The notes under the pieces are model-generated. The model saw only the letters and a program-made list of their open reading frames with translations, did no database searches and was not told the origin of the DNA. Made by a program: the position numbers and the translations under genes. A stretch of 64,000 nucleotides of DNA from an uncultured bacterium (GTDB taxonomy: Bacteria; Patescibacteriota; Minisyncoccia; Phycocordibacterales; PALSA-1337), in the NCBI GenBank assembly GCA_963848635.1, contig CAWKEA010000005.1:257526-321525 (forward strand), given 5' to 3'. Within the stretch, counting starts at the first letter, position 1. The number at the start of each line of letters is the position of its first letter. Of this stretch, positions 1-9,113 are shown piece after piece.

Positions 1-915
1 ATAAATAGTCACTGCGAGCACGTCTTTATTCAATTTTGAGAGCTCTTTCAGGGTAAGAGAAACAGTGGCAGGCTCGACCATATCTGTTTTGGTGAGTATG
101 ATCGTCTCGGCTTTCTCATCCAGTCCGTGGCCGTACTGTTTCAATTCCGCGCGGATGGTTTTGTAATTTTCCACGATAGAATCGACATGTTCGAGCGATA
201 TCAAATGAAATAATATCTTCGTCCTCCGCACATGCCGCAGAAACTTGTGCCCAAGGCCCTTGCCTTCCGATGCCCCTTCGATCAAGCCCGGTATGTCGGC
301 CAGGACAAAATTATAAAGTGCGCCGAGATTCGGCTCGAGGGTAGTGAAAGCGTAGTTGCCGACTTTGGCGTCCGCATTGGTGAGGACGTTCAAAAGGCTC
401 GATTTCCCGGCGTTCGGCAAGCCGATAAAGCCGGCATCGGCCACAAGCTCGAGCTCGACGGTAAAATCTCCCTCCTCGCCGTCATAGCCGTCGGTCGATT
501 CCATGGGCGTCGTATTGGTCGAGGCCTTGAAATATTCGTTGCCGAGACCGCCGGAACCGCCCTTGAGTATGCGCACGGTTTCGCCTTCATCCAAAAGCTG
601 GAATGTATGCCCTGTGCGGTGATCGGTGACGATCGAACCGATCGGCAGATCGATGATGAGCGTCTCGCCGTTTCGTCCATGCCTCGAGTCGTTCATGCCA
701 TTCTCGCCTTTTTCTGCATTGAATTCCTTTATATTCCGATATCTCTGCAGAATGCCGAGATCGCGTACGGCCCGCACGCGCACGTCGCCTCCGCGGCCGC
801 CATTGCCGCCAGCCGCGCCTGACCACTCCTTTGCGTATTCATGCCGCCAACGCACCACGCCGACGCCTCCGCGCCCCGCATGTGCATGAAATTTCATTTC
901 GTCTACGAATGCCAT
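1..915 (-). CDS. obg: GTPase Obg (partial, C-terminus runs off window start)
   Basis: Minus-strand translation from ATG at 913-915 gives MAFVDEMKFHAHAGRGGVGVVRWRHEYAKEWSGAAGGNGGRGG... (Obg N-terminal glycine-rich fold). It is followed by GTPase motifs GLPNAGKSSLL (G1), DIPGLIEGA (G3) and TKTD (G4). No stop occurs inside the window, so the ORF track missed it. Confidence 0.9.
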   Translation of the reverse strand, partial: MAFVDEMKFHAHAGRGGVGVVRWRHEYAKEWSGAAGGNGGRGGDVRVRAVRDLGILQRYRNIKEFNAEKGENGMNDSRHGRNGETLIIDLPIGSIVTDHRTGHTFQLLDEGETVRILKGGSGGLGNEYFKASTNTTPMESTDGYDGEEGDFTVELELVADAGFIGLPNAGKSSLLNVLTNADAKVGNYAFTTLEPNLGALYNFVLADIPGLIEGASEGKGLGHKFLRHVRRTKILFHLISLEHVDSIVENYKTIRAELKQYGHGLDEKAETIILTKTDMVEPATVSLTLKELSKLNKDVLAVTIY

Positions 916-1038
916 GATGGTTTATTAGTATGCAGTATTCTGATCCGATCTCCAGCGCGAAAAAATTGATGCTGTACGAAAACGAGATAGTGCAGTGAGA
1001 ACATCCTACCAAAGAAACCATGCAAAGTCAATTTTCCT

Positions 1039-1866
1039 TTATTTTGCGGATGACGTCACATCCACAGCCCTCGCGCTCCGGGCAAAGAGATCATCCAGAT
1101 ATTCGGCCAGATCGAACATGGCCTGTAACTGCTCTCTAACCAAAATAAGCTTCGTCGCATAGATATAGAGCTTGTTCCCGTTGAATTCAAAGTTGAGGTC
1201 TTTGGCGCGGTCGATAAGATCAGCCATGACGTTCGGTGGAAATATCTGGTAAGCCTCAGTTTCGTAGCCTTTCGGGACTTTTAAAGTAAAGTATTTGTTG
1301 AAGTCCCCTTCCAATTGGATATGCTCACTGCCGTCAAAAAGATCGAATTGAGGCAAGCTTCCAAAGAATACGCTTGCCTTTGTCGTAAGGACGATATCCG
1401 GCATATTGTTGGAAAAGGCTGTCTCAAAGACGGTGCAATAATACGTGTGAGAATTTTTGCCACTGCCTACGGTAAATTGATACGAGAAGAGCCTCGAGTT
1501 CCTGCCATTCATAGTTCCTGACAAAACGTCATATATTCTCTGGCTATGGCCGATCTTGAATAGCTTGCCGGCAACGCTCGACATATCTGCACTTGATGAA
1601 TAGGCAAAGCCGATCGATGCACCGAATTGCTGTGTGAACTCGCGTTTGATCTTCGCTTTTACATGGCCGTAGCCGATGATGCCGATGATGGCCGGGATAT
1701 AGAGCAAGCGGATATCGAGCTGTGCATACATGATGCCGATAATGCTTCCAACTACAATCACAAGGTAAAAAAGGGCCAACATCTTGTCATTCTTCAAAAT
1801 ATAAGACTCCGTGCTCTTGTTGACGTTGTCGATGATAGGGTCTGTGGGGTTAGAAATATCTGGCAT
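1039..1866 (-). CDS. hypothetical membrane protein (2 N-terminal TM helices; DUF3137-like, tentative)
   Basis: 275-aa ORF with a hydrophobic N-terminal segment LALFYLVIVVGSIIGIMYAQL...IPAIIGIIGYG. No recognizable catalytic motif. Confidence 0.55.
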   Translation of the reverse strand: MPDISNPTDPIIDNVNKSTESYILKNDKMLALFYLVIVVGSIIGIMYAQLDIRLLYIPAIIGIIGYGHVKAKIKREFTQQFGASIGFAYSSSADMSSVAGKLFKIGHSQRIYDVLSGTMNGRNSRLFSYQFTVGSGKNSHTYYCTVFETAFSNNMPDIVLTTKASVFFGSLPQFDLFDGSEHIQLEGDFNKYFTLKVPKGYETEAYQIFPPNVMADLIDRAKDLNFEFNGNKLYIYATKLILVREQLQAMFDLAEYLDDLFARSARAVDVTSSAK

Positions 1867-1874
1867 GGTTCGGT

Positions 1875-3300
1875 TTAATAATAAACTTCAATGTTGAGAT
1901 CAACCTCATTACTGCTTCCCCTTCCGCCGGTATCGACGATGATCTTGTAATTTCCAGGCGTAGTAGCGGTTTGTTCATTCGACGGACATACAGCATTTGA
2001 AGTTAGGGGTATCAGACACAACTTGGAAGGCAAGACGAATGATATCTGGCTATTTCCTTGCGCGCTCGAAGGAATGCCTACCCATAGTACAGCCGAGTAA
2101 TTTCCGTTTGTTAGCCTGACTTCGGTCAAGTCAGTGGTGCTCGACATTCCCAAAGGGACAAAGTTATAGCCTGTGATCGTTATCGTATTGCCAACTTCAG
2201 CAATCGCAGGATATATCGAATTTATAACAGGAAATCCAGGATTTGAGAAGGAATTTGCTGCGGTTGTGTCAGCTGAATTCGTCTGTACGTTCATAGAATT
2301 CTGTTCATTGATCTGCTTATAGAAGCTAAATTTATCTATAGAGCTTGTCCCGAGAATCTGCGACTGAATTTTCCAAAGGAACGGCATGACCATAAAGATC
2401 AAAGCACCTATGATCATGAATACGACTAATATCGTCTTTCTGCTCTTGTGCTTGCTTGTGTCAGCGGCATTCGATACTATCCGACTCTCCTTTGCATTAA
2501 AGTAAAGCTCGAAATACACCAACATAAGCAGAGGATACACGAGTACCACCAATGCTCCGATGAGCGCAATCCCAAAGAGCACTCCGAATATGATCAGCAA
2601 GACTTCCAAATGCAGGATCGTCGCCAGGCCAAATGCTATAACAAAGAAAATCACTGATACGATCTCCGCTATCATAGCGACGAGACCACACAAGAGGCCG
2701 ATGAGCAGGATTTTACCGAATATGCTCCACCAGCGGTCCTTTACCAGAGACCAACTGCCGATAAGAGCATCGAAACCGCGCTTGCCATCAACCATAAACT
2801 CAAACTGACTGAAAAGAAGATATATAAGGAAGGCAATGGCCGGAATGATGAGGAGATATTCTCCGGCATAAAATATGAGAGTGGTTGCGACAGTCAATAC
2901 GAGAAATGGCCAAAATATCCTGATTCCTTGAATATGCGACTCCGATGCCTTGAAAGTCGCTTTTGTAGAGATCAGTGACGCCTCGAAGAAAAATGGCCAG
3001 GAAAAGAACGATGACCAGAAAAACACATCCGAGAGTAACCAGATAGAGCGGGCCTACGGCAGAAGCTGGAAAATTTCCTTGCTGGCCAGAGAATATCGTG
3101 TAAAAGAATCCTGCATACAGAAGAATGACTCCAATGGCACCGACACCGATAGTCGCCAGAGAGAGCGGCCACAATCTTTTGAAGAATAATTTATAGGAGG
3201 TCCATGCTTTTTCTACGATGATGACGGTCGGCAAGAGAGGTTTAAGAGGGATCGCTTGCAAAGCGGGAGCAACAGTATTCGATATATCCTGTGGGTTCAT
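1875..3300 (-). CDS. polytopic membrane protein with C-terminal IPT/TIG-like beta domain; apparent frameshift near 2925-2945
   Basis: Two overlapping minus ORFs (2800..3300 and 1875..3026) both look protein-like on either side of ~2930 (TM-rich segments). Joined they give a ~475-aa protein ending in an IPT/TIG-like segment (NPGFPVINSIYPAIAEVGNTITITGYNF...GNYKIIVDTGGRGSSNEVDLNIEVYY). Confidence 0.5.
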
Positions 3301-3504
3301 CGTTTTATTGGTTTTGAATAAGCGGTAATTGATTCACGTTGTTACCGCTCTTGATTTGTGCCTTGAGCTAAATGTGATTTTATATAGTCGAGTAATTGCT
3401 GGTTCATTTTGGTGTATTATTATTAATTTTCGTCGTTAATGACTTGACGATATAGTACAACGTATTGTTCTCTTAATCAATGCCCCTATTTTGCAAAAGT
3501 GGAC

Positions 3505-3540
3505 AAGAAAAAACCGCCGGACCCTCGTCCGAGCGGCTTT
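3505..3540 (-). terminator. rho-independent terminator-like hairpin (CCGCtCGGAC-GAGG-GTCCGGCGG + U-run on minus strand)
   Basis: Plus strand reads aaaaaaccgccggaccctcgtccgagcggcttttcc, a GC stem flanked by an A-run and a T-run, about 230 nt downstream of the 16S 3' region. Confidence 0.5.
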
Positions 3541-3911
3541 TCCTAGTGCTTGTATGCCTTTCTTTCTTTATACATTTATATTTTAACCGACGTCCTCTCT
3601 TTTGTTCCGTTCATCCATGAGCTTTTCTATAGAGAAAGCCCATGTATGCCATTCACCTTCTCATGGCTGAGGCTATAGTTCGAGTCTACAGCTAGACATT
3701 CATACTTCGAAGTCAAAGACTTCTCAGCATGATCGACACGTTAAGTCATCGTTCACCGAAGCGAACGAAAACGTTTTTCACCTTGAAAATTTCCACGAGC
3801 AGCTTCCGCTACCCGTGCCTTGTTACGACTTACTCCCTGTCATTGAGCTTACCTTAGGCCGCCATACGGCGGACTTCGGGTATTCCCAACTCCCTTGAGT
3901 TGACGGGCGGT

Positions 3912-4788
3912 ATTGTGTTTCGATAAATTTTCGAATATGCTCGTTCCCACGTAGCGAGCGGATTTCCCGCACTACGCGAGTCCAAAGTTTGCAAATTCAT
4001 AGTCTCTCGAACTGTCAACATCTTTTGTAATACCTTTTTCGTCAGATGCTCTTTGCTTTCACCAAGCGATCAATCTGGCAGAAAATCTCGCAAATTCTTT
4101 TGCTTTGAAGCAATTGAAAAGGATTTTTCTTGAAGAAAGGATGATTATTTTACCAAGATATCCTATTGAGAACTTACCGAGTAGCAATAACATTGGCAAT
4201 GATTGGCGCGTTCTTCTTTTTGAAAGTAACACTTCGCCGCATTTCAATGATAATTCTGTCACATCGTTCCAAAGATCTCCTTGTCCCTTTCCTGCATCTT
4301 CATAGTGGAGTCATTTGGACACTCGACTCCTCATGCGTTATAAAGAAGACTTCCGATATTGACATAGAAGCAACCTTCACCATCGATAAGTCCGACAACA
4401 TAATCTGTTTGACACCTTTGGATTTGTGTCCTTCCCATGCGCTTATTATATCAAATTAAGTTGACGCATAGTACTACGACTCAGCTGACTTCTACATAAA
4501 TTTAATTATACTTTATCATTTTTGATAACAACGCATCAGATCTCCCGGGTCATTCATTTTTCTGTTCCAACCATCCTAATCAAGGTTTTCAACGGAAATT
4601 TCCCCTGACTCACCGCCCTTAGTTGGAGTCGTCATCGCCTTCTTTCTATCGGGCTGCCCTTTGCATCCCGGATCCTCCGAACATCCCCTCGCGGAAGATG
4701 TACTATCCTTTCGCTACTACCGCACTCATAAATCACGGAATGGATTTTAACAGCTAGATGACACGACTGCCAAGCGCATTGCATTCTG
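3912..4788 (-). mobile_element. intron-like insertion in 16S rRNA (between the 1392 block GACGGGCGGT and GTACAAG...GAACGTATTCACCG), probably a group I intron with a degenerate LAGLIDADG homing endonuclease ORF
   Basis: The conserved 16S sequence stops after gacgggcggt(attgtg) at ~3912 and resumes at ~4788 with tgagtacaagacttgagaacgtattcaccg. The ~875 nt between have no 16S homology. A minus-strand mini-ORF in them encodes MGRTQIQRCQTDYVVGLIDGEGCFYVNIGSLLYNA*, which carries a LAGLIDADG motif. Confidence 0.7.
4330..4438 (-). pseudogene. degenerate LAGLIDADG homing endonuclease remnant (first LAGLIDADG motif, premature stop)
   Basis: Minus-strand translation gives ...DYVVGLIDGEGCFYVNIG...; VGLIDGEGCF matches the LAGLIDADG/LAGFIDGEG consensus. 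The ORF is only 35 aa before its stop. Confidence 0.55.
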
Positions 4789-5874
4789 AGTACAAGACTT
4801 GAGAACGTATTCACCGCAGCGTGCTGATCTGCGATTACTAGCGATTCCGGCTTCATGAGGTCGAGTTGCAGACCTCAATCCGAACTGGCGCATCCTTTAG
4901 AGGGTTGGCTCCGCCTTTTATCGGCTTGGCGTCCTTTTGTAGATGCGATTGTAACACGTGTGTAGCCCAGGGTATCAGAGGGCCATGCTGACTTGGCGTC
5001 ATCCTCGCCTTCCTCCCACGATTCTGCTCGATCAAGTCCAATCCTAAGTCATAAAGTCTTAAGTTCGCATTCTTGATTTACTTTATGAACTTCCGATTGA
5101 ATGCAATCAAAATCGTGGGCAGTCTCGCCTGACATATATAACAGGCAACGAGGGTTGCGTTCGTTACCCCACTTAAGGGAACAATTCAAACCACGAACTG
5201 ACGACAGCCATGCAGCACCTGTCTAACTGCCTTGCGGCGACCAAAGTTTCCTCTGGTCTTCAGCTAGATTTCTAACCCTGGTAAGGTTTTTCGTTTGTCG
5301 TCGAATTGAACCACATGTTCCACCGCTTGTGCAAGTCCCCGTCTATTTCTTTGAGTTTTAACCTTGCGGTCGTACTACCCAGGCGGATCTCTTAACGCGT
5401 TAGCTACGGCTCGAGGAGGGTCGATACTCCTCAAACCAAGAGATCATCGTTTAGGGCGTGGACTACTGGGGTATCTAATCCCATTCGCTACCCACGCTTT
5501 CGTGTTTCAGCGTCAAGAATGCTCCAGTCTCCTGCCTTCGCTTTTGGTGTTCCCCATGATATCAACGCATTTCACCGCTACACCATGAGTTCCAGAGACC
5601 CCTCGCATCTTCTAGCTATGCCGTTTCCCGCGCAGGTCCCCGGTTGAGCCGAAGAATTTAACGCGAGACTAACACAGCCGCCTACACACCCTTTACGCCC
5701 AATAATTCCGGATAACGCTTGAGGCACTCGTATTACCGCTGCTGCTGGCACGAGTTTAGCAACCTCTTATTCATGAGCTCTTCAATAAACTTAGTCGCTC
5801 ATAAAAGGTTTTTACGTACCGAAGTACTTCATCAACCACGCGGCGTCGCTCCGTCAGGCTTTCGCCCATTGCGG

Positions 5875-5905
<31 letters not shown>

Positions 5906-6457
5906 ATGGACCGTGTCTCAGTTCCATCGGTGGGGGTCAGCCTCTCAGCTCCCCTAGACGTCATAGCCTTGGTAGGCCGTTACCCTACCAACTAGCTGAT
6001 ATCGAAAAGGCCGTTCCAAGGGCGAAAAAACTTTACCCTTCAGCCTTGCGGCTTCAGGGACTATCGGGAATTATCTAACCTTTCGGCTAGTTATGCCCGA
6101 CCCTTGGGGACGTACCTGATTATTACTACCTCGTCTGCCGGTGACCCTTGCGGATCCCCTAGACTTGCATGCCTTATCCACGCCGCCAGCGTTCATCCTG
6201 AGCTAGAATCAAACTCTATCAATAAATGAACGGAACAAAAGAGAAAACGCAAATTCGGCTTGTCTGCCGTGAGGCAGACCTGTGCCGACTTTCATAATCG
6301 CCAATGATCACTGTTTATTGATATCGTCCCATCCAGCTCGTAAATTATCGTTTATTATTTGGACTTGCTTTTATCTCAATCTTTTTTCAAGATTGTGTGT
6401 GAATTTCAATTTTCTAAATTTTCAAAGGGCCCAGCCCCCGTTTGGGACATGGGATGT

Positions 6458-6486
6458 ATTCTATTCTAAGCAAGAAATAAAGTCAA
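6458..6486 (-). promoter_or_regulatory. sigma70-like promoter candidate for the 16S rRNA gene (TTGACT-N17-TAGAAT)
   Basis: On the minus strand, the reverse complement of 6481-6486 is TTGACT and the reverse complement of 6458-6463 is TAGAAT, separated by a 17-nt spacer, ~230 nt upstream of the 16S 5' end. Hairpin GTCTGCC-GTGA-GGCAGAC at 6261-6278 lies in the leader. Confidence 0.4.
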
Positions 6487-6626
6487 GCGGTGAATGGCGC
6501 CGTCCAATCTCTCGGGATATGGCCAGAATAATGAATGCATTGACCTGCTGGGCCACCTGCCAAGATAAAGGTTTCTTTAGAAAAAATTTAACTATTCATA
6601 ATGACTGACCCTGTATAATTCGACCC

Positions 6627-7055
6627 ATGAACGAGAAGTACAGGAAAAATTTTGACGAATGGAATGGGCGTAAGAAATATATCGATCAAAACATCTTGCC
6701 GGATGATTTCTTTTTCCTGGAAGGAGAAGTCTGGTGGGCTTCGCTTGGTGTAAATGTCGGACAGGAAATGGACGGCAAGAATGCATCGTACGAAAGACCG
6801 GTCCTCATTTTAAAGAAATTCAGCGATGAACTGTTATGGGCAATCCCTTTATCGAGCACAAAAAAGACTCGTGAATATTTTTATCCGATCATATATCAAG
6901 GCAAGCCCAGAACCCTTCTTATATTGCACATGAAAACAATAAGCAGCAAAAGACTCCTGCGCCTTGTTTTTAGAATGGAAGAGAAGGAATTTGCTCTGAT
7001 AAAGATGAGAGTCAATGATATTATATCTTCTATAAATGAAATTCCCTCCGATTAA
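6627..7055 (+). CDS. PemK/MazF-family endoribonuclease toxin-like protein (orphan, N-terminal extension)
   Basis: GEVWWASLGVNVGQEMDGKNASYERPVLILKK...LWAIPLSSTKK matches the MazF/EndoA pattern (G-[DE]-V-[YW]-[FW]-A-x-L...G-x-E-x-x-G...RP-V-L-[VI] ... [AV]-I-P-[IL]-[ST]-S). There is a TATAAT box at 6614-6619. Confidence 0.55.
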   Translation: MNEKYRKNFDEWNGRKKYIDQNILPDDFFFLEGEVWWASLGVNVGQEMDGKNASYERPVLILKKFSDELLWAIPLSSTKKTREYFYPIIYQGKPRTLLILHMKTISSKRLLRLVFRMEEKEFALIKMRVNDIISSINEIPSD

Positions 7056-7140
7056 GGAGGGAATTTCTGGGTGCCATGTCTGTAACGTGCTAGAAGTATA
7101 GCACGATTCAAATCACAGTGCAAATCTATTTTGTACTATT

Positions 7141-7215
7141 CCTATATCACTGATTCAACAGCCGATCCAGTAGGATCGTGCCTGGCTTCCTCGTGGAGGG
7201 ACCGACCACGCCGAC
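7141..7215 (-). repeat. degenerate remnant of the PG-binding-domain gene 3' end carrying a 25-nt hairpin insertion (CCGATCCAGTAGGATCGTGCCTGGC)
   Basis: tatatcactgattcaacag[ccgatccagtaggatcgtgcctggc]ttcctcgtggagggaccgaccacgccgac aligns to the 3' ends at 7625-7690 and 9112-9175 (tatatcccctgattcaacagattcctcgtggcaggaccacaacgccgag), apart from the bracketed insertion. Confidence 0.5.
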
Positions 7216-7362
7216 AATTTTATTTATAATGATTCGTTATTTTGAACACTTCAACAATGTCTTCTTTGATAAAAAGAAAAGCGCGCGATGTCTTCTTCCA
7301 TTTCAAAACAAGCCCTCTTTGGGCGAGATAGTCTAGAAGATCTTGCCGAATCGGCTCTAGTT

Positions 7363-7584
7363 TCATGCCATCCGACGGCTCGTATAAGATGATTTTTTCA
7401 AGCCGTCTTCAAGGTCATCAATAAATTCCTTTGAATAGAGACCGGAAGCACGAAAATCGTCAACGACTGCTTTGACAGGATCCTTTATAAGAATCTCGAA
7501 CAAGCGCGAAGCCACTGCCCGGTATGCTTTTGACTCTTTCTTGAGTTTTTTATATTCAGTTTTTGAAATAGTTATTCTGCTCAT
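7363..7584 (-). CDS. hypothetical small protein (73 aa)
   Basis: ORF encoding MSRITISKTEYKKLKKESKAYRAVASRLFEILIKDPVKAVVDDFRASGLYSK... with no diagnostic motif. A possible antitoxin-like role is speculative. Confidence 0.3.
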   Translation of the reverse strand: MSRITISKTEYKKLKKESKAYRAVASRLFEILIKDPVKAVVDDFRASGLYSKEFIDDLEDGLKKSSYTSRRMA

Positions 7585-7628
7585 AGCACAAGCATATCAA
7601 ACGAACGAGATGAATGTCAATTACTCAC

Positions 7629-7832
7629 TTATATCCCCTGATTCAAGAGATTCCTCGTAGACGGCCCGATCACGCCGAGAGGGCTCAATCCGTGCTTTGT
7701 CTGATATGCCATGACTGCGGCTTTTGTGGCGGGGCCAAAGTAACCGGTTGCAGAACCTTTGAGGAAACCGTCTTTTATGAGCCGCTTTTGCAAGGCGACG
7801 ACGTCAGGATTCGATTGGCCGATCTTGTTCAT
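7629..7832 (-). pseudogene. stand-alone fragment duplicating the C-terminal peptidoglycan-binding domain of the 591-aa surface protein
   Basis: MNKIGQSNPDVVALQKRLIKDGFLKGSATGYFGPATKAAVMAYQTKHGLSPLGVIGPSTRNLLNQGI is near-identical to the last 67 aa of ORF 9114..10889 (MNKIGQSDPDVVALQQRLIKDGYL...NLLNQGI). The PF01471-like pattern is present (DV..LQ..L...GY......G.FG..T..AV..FQ). Confidence 0.55.
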
Positions 7833-7903
7833 GTTGACATAGAGATAGCTGTTGAAATGTTGCTGCAGGCATGCATACGAGGCTGTATGGACAAAGTAAT
7901 ATT

Positions 7904-9026
7904 TTATAGCACAAATTTCAAATAATTTTCTCGATTGACGATTTCAAATGATGAACCCGGATAACTTTCCAAGAATTTTTGTGGCCTTGGTGCTTTGCCA
8001 CTCCACTTGAATTCATACGCCTTGAAAGCGCCGTCTTTTTCTTCCACCAAATCTATTTCCTTTTGCTCGTACGTTCTCCAAAAATATCGATTAGCAAATA
8101 TGTTCTGGCATGAATTTTTCTTGAGTCGCTCTATGAACATGAAATTTTCCCATAGTGCGCCGATATCATTTCTATTTTCCATGTCGCTAAATTGCGCCAA
8201 CAAAGCGTTACGTACGCCGTTATCATAAAAATAGTATTTCTTTTTTCCTCGTATCTCGTTTCTAAGGTTCCTTTTCAAGGCAGACAACGATACGATGATA
8301 AAACCTTTTTCCAAGACATCTACGTATTTTTCGATCGTCCTGACGTTGGTATTCAAATTCGTCGCAAGTTCTGTCAGCGATACTTCAGACCCTACTTGAA
8401 GTGCAAGCAATTTAACCAGATCAACGAGGGTCTTTGATTTTTTGATATTGTCGAGTGCAAGAACATCTTTGAGAAGATACGAATCCACGATTTCATTCAG
8501 CATTGTTATTTTCTTTTGATTATCTTCAGTCAAAAATACGTCCGGATAAGAACCGTACACGAGAAATTGGCCAAGTTTTTGCCGTATATCAAACTCGCTA
8601 TAGTCCTCTACCAATTCCATCTGCGCAAAAGGATAAATAATGATGGTATTTTTTCTGCCAGTTAACGGCTCTCCGATCTGATTTGACAGGTCAAAGCTCG
8701 AGGAACCGGTTACAATAACTTTGATTCCTGGAATTTGATCCACTATTATTTTCAATCCTTGCCCTACGTTGGGTATGTGTTGGGCTTCGTCTATTGCGAT
8801 AAGATCAAGGCCTGCCGCATATTGTTTTATCTTTTCGAAATCATTTGATCCTAATACTCTCTTGGACTCTTATATTTTCCCCGGAATCTAGCCTGTATTT
8901 AAGCTTTGTTTCTTGCAAAAAAGAGTTAAGAATCGTGGTCTTTCCCACCCTCCTTGGGCCGTACATAACCAGAACTTTGTTGGGCAACAATAATGGCTCT
9001 ATTGAGCTGTAAAAACGTTTAATCAT
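7904..9026 (-). pseudogene. COG1373-type AAA+ ATPase (AAA_14 + DUF4143), disrupted by a frameshift near 8845-8870
   Basis: The N-terminal piece 8841..9026 carries Walker A (LVMYGPRRVGKTT). The C-terminal piece 7904..8755 (VIVTGSSSFDL...) continues in another frame. The alternate frame across 8756-8840 reads GSNDFEKIKQYAAGLDLIAIDEAQHIPNVGQGLKIIVDQIPG, bridging the two pieces. Confidence 0.6.
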
Positions 9027-9113
9027 GAATTTGTGTATTTACAATACATATATTAGTATTAATATGTGTATTTATACTACACGAAATTGATAAAATAAGC
9101 AACAGTTACACAC

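Noticed and set aside
232-822. 196-aa plus-strand ORF
   Set aside because: It is antisense to obg, whose minus-strand translation shows full GTPase motifs. The plus ORF sequence is low-complexity and Arg/Ala-rich, not protein-like.
3300-3775. tRNA-Ile/tRNA-Ala or 23S rRNA downstream of 16S
   Set aside because: No T-loop (GTTCRANTC) or tRNA cloverleaf was found. The 16S appears unlinked from 23S, as is common in CPR.
4059-4459. Short ORFs inside the 16S insertion
   Set aside because: Only the 4330..4438 frame carries a LAGLIDADG motif; the others have no motif and overlap each other. I treat them as decay products of the homing endonuclease gene.
5340-5365. Link between the 16S 907-region CTTTGAGTTTTA and the coding (TTTTGAG)n repeats
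   Set aside because: Only ~11 nt are shared, and this block is universally conserved in 16S. I consider it a coincidence.
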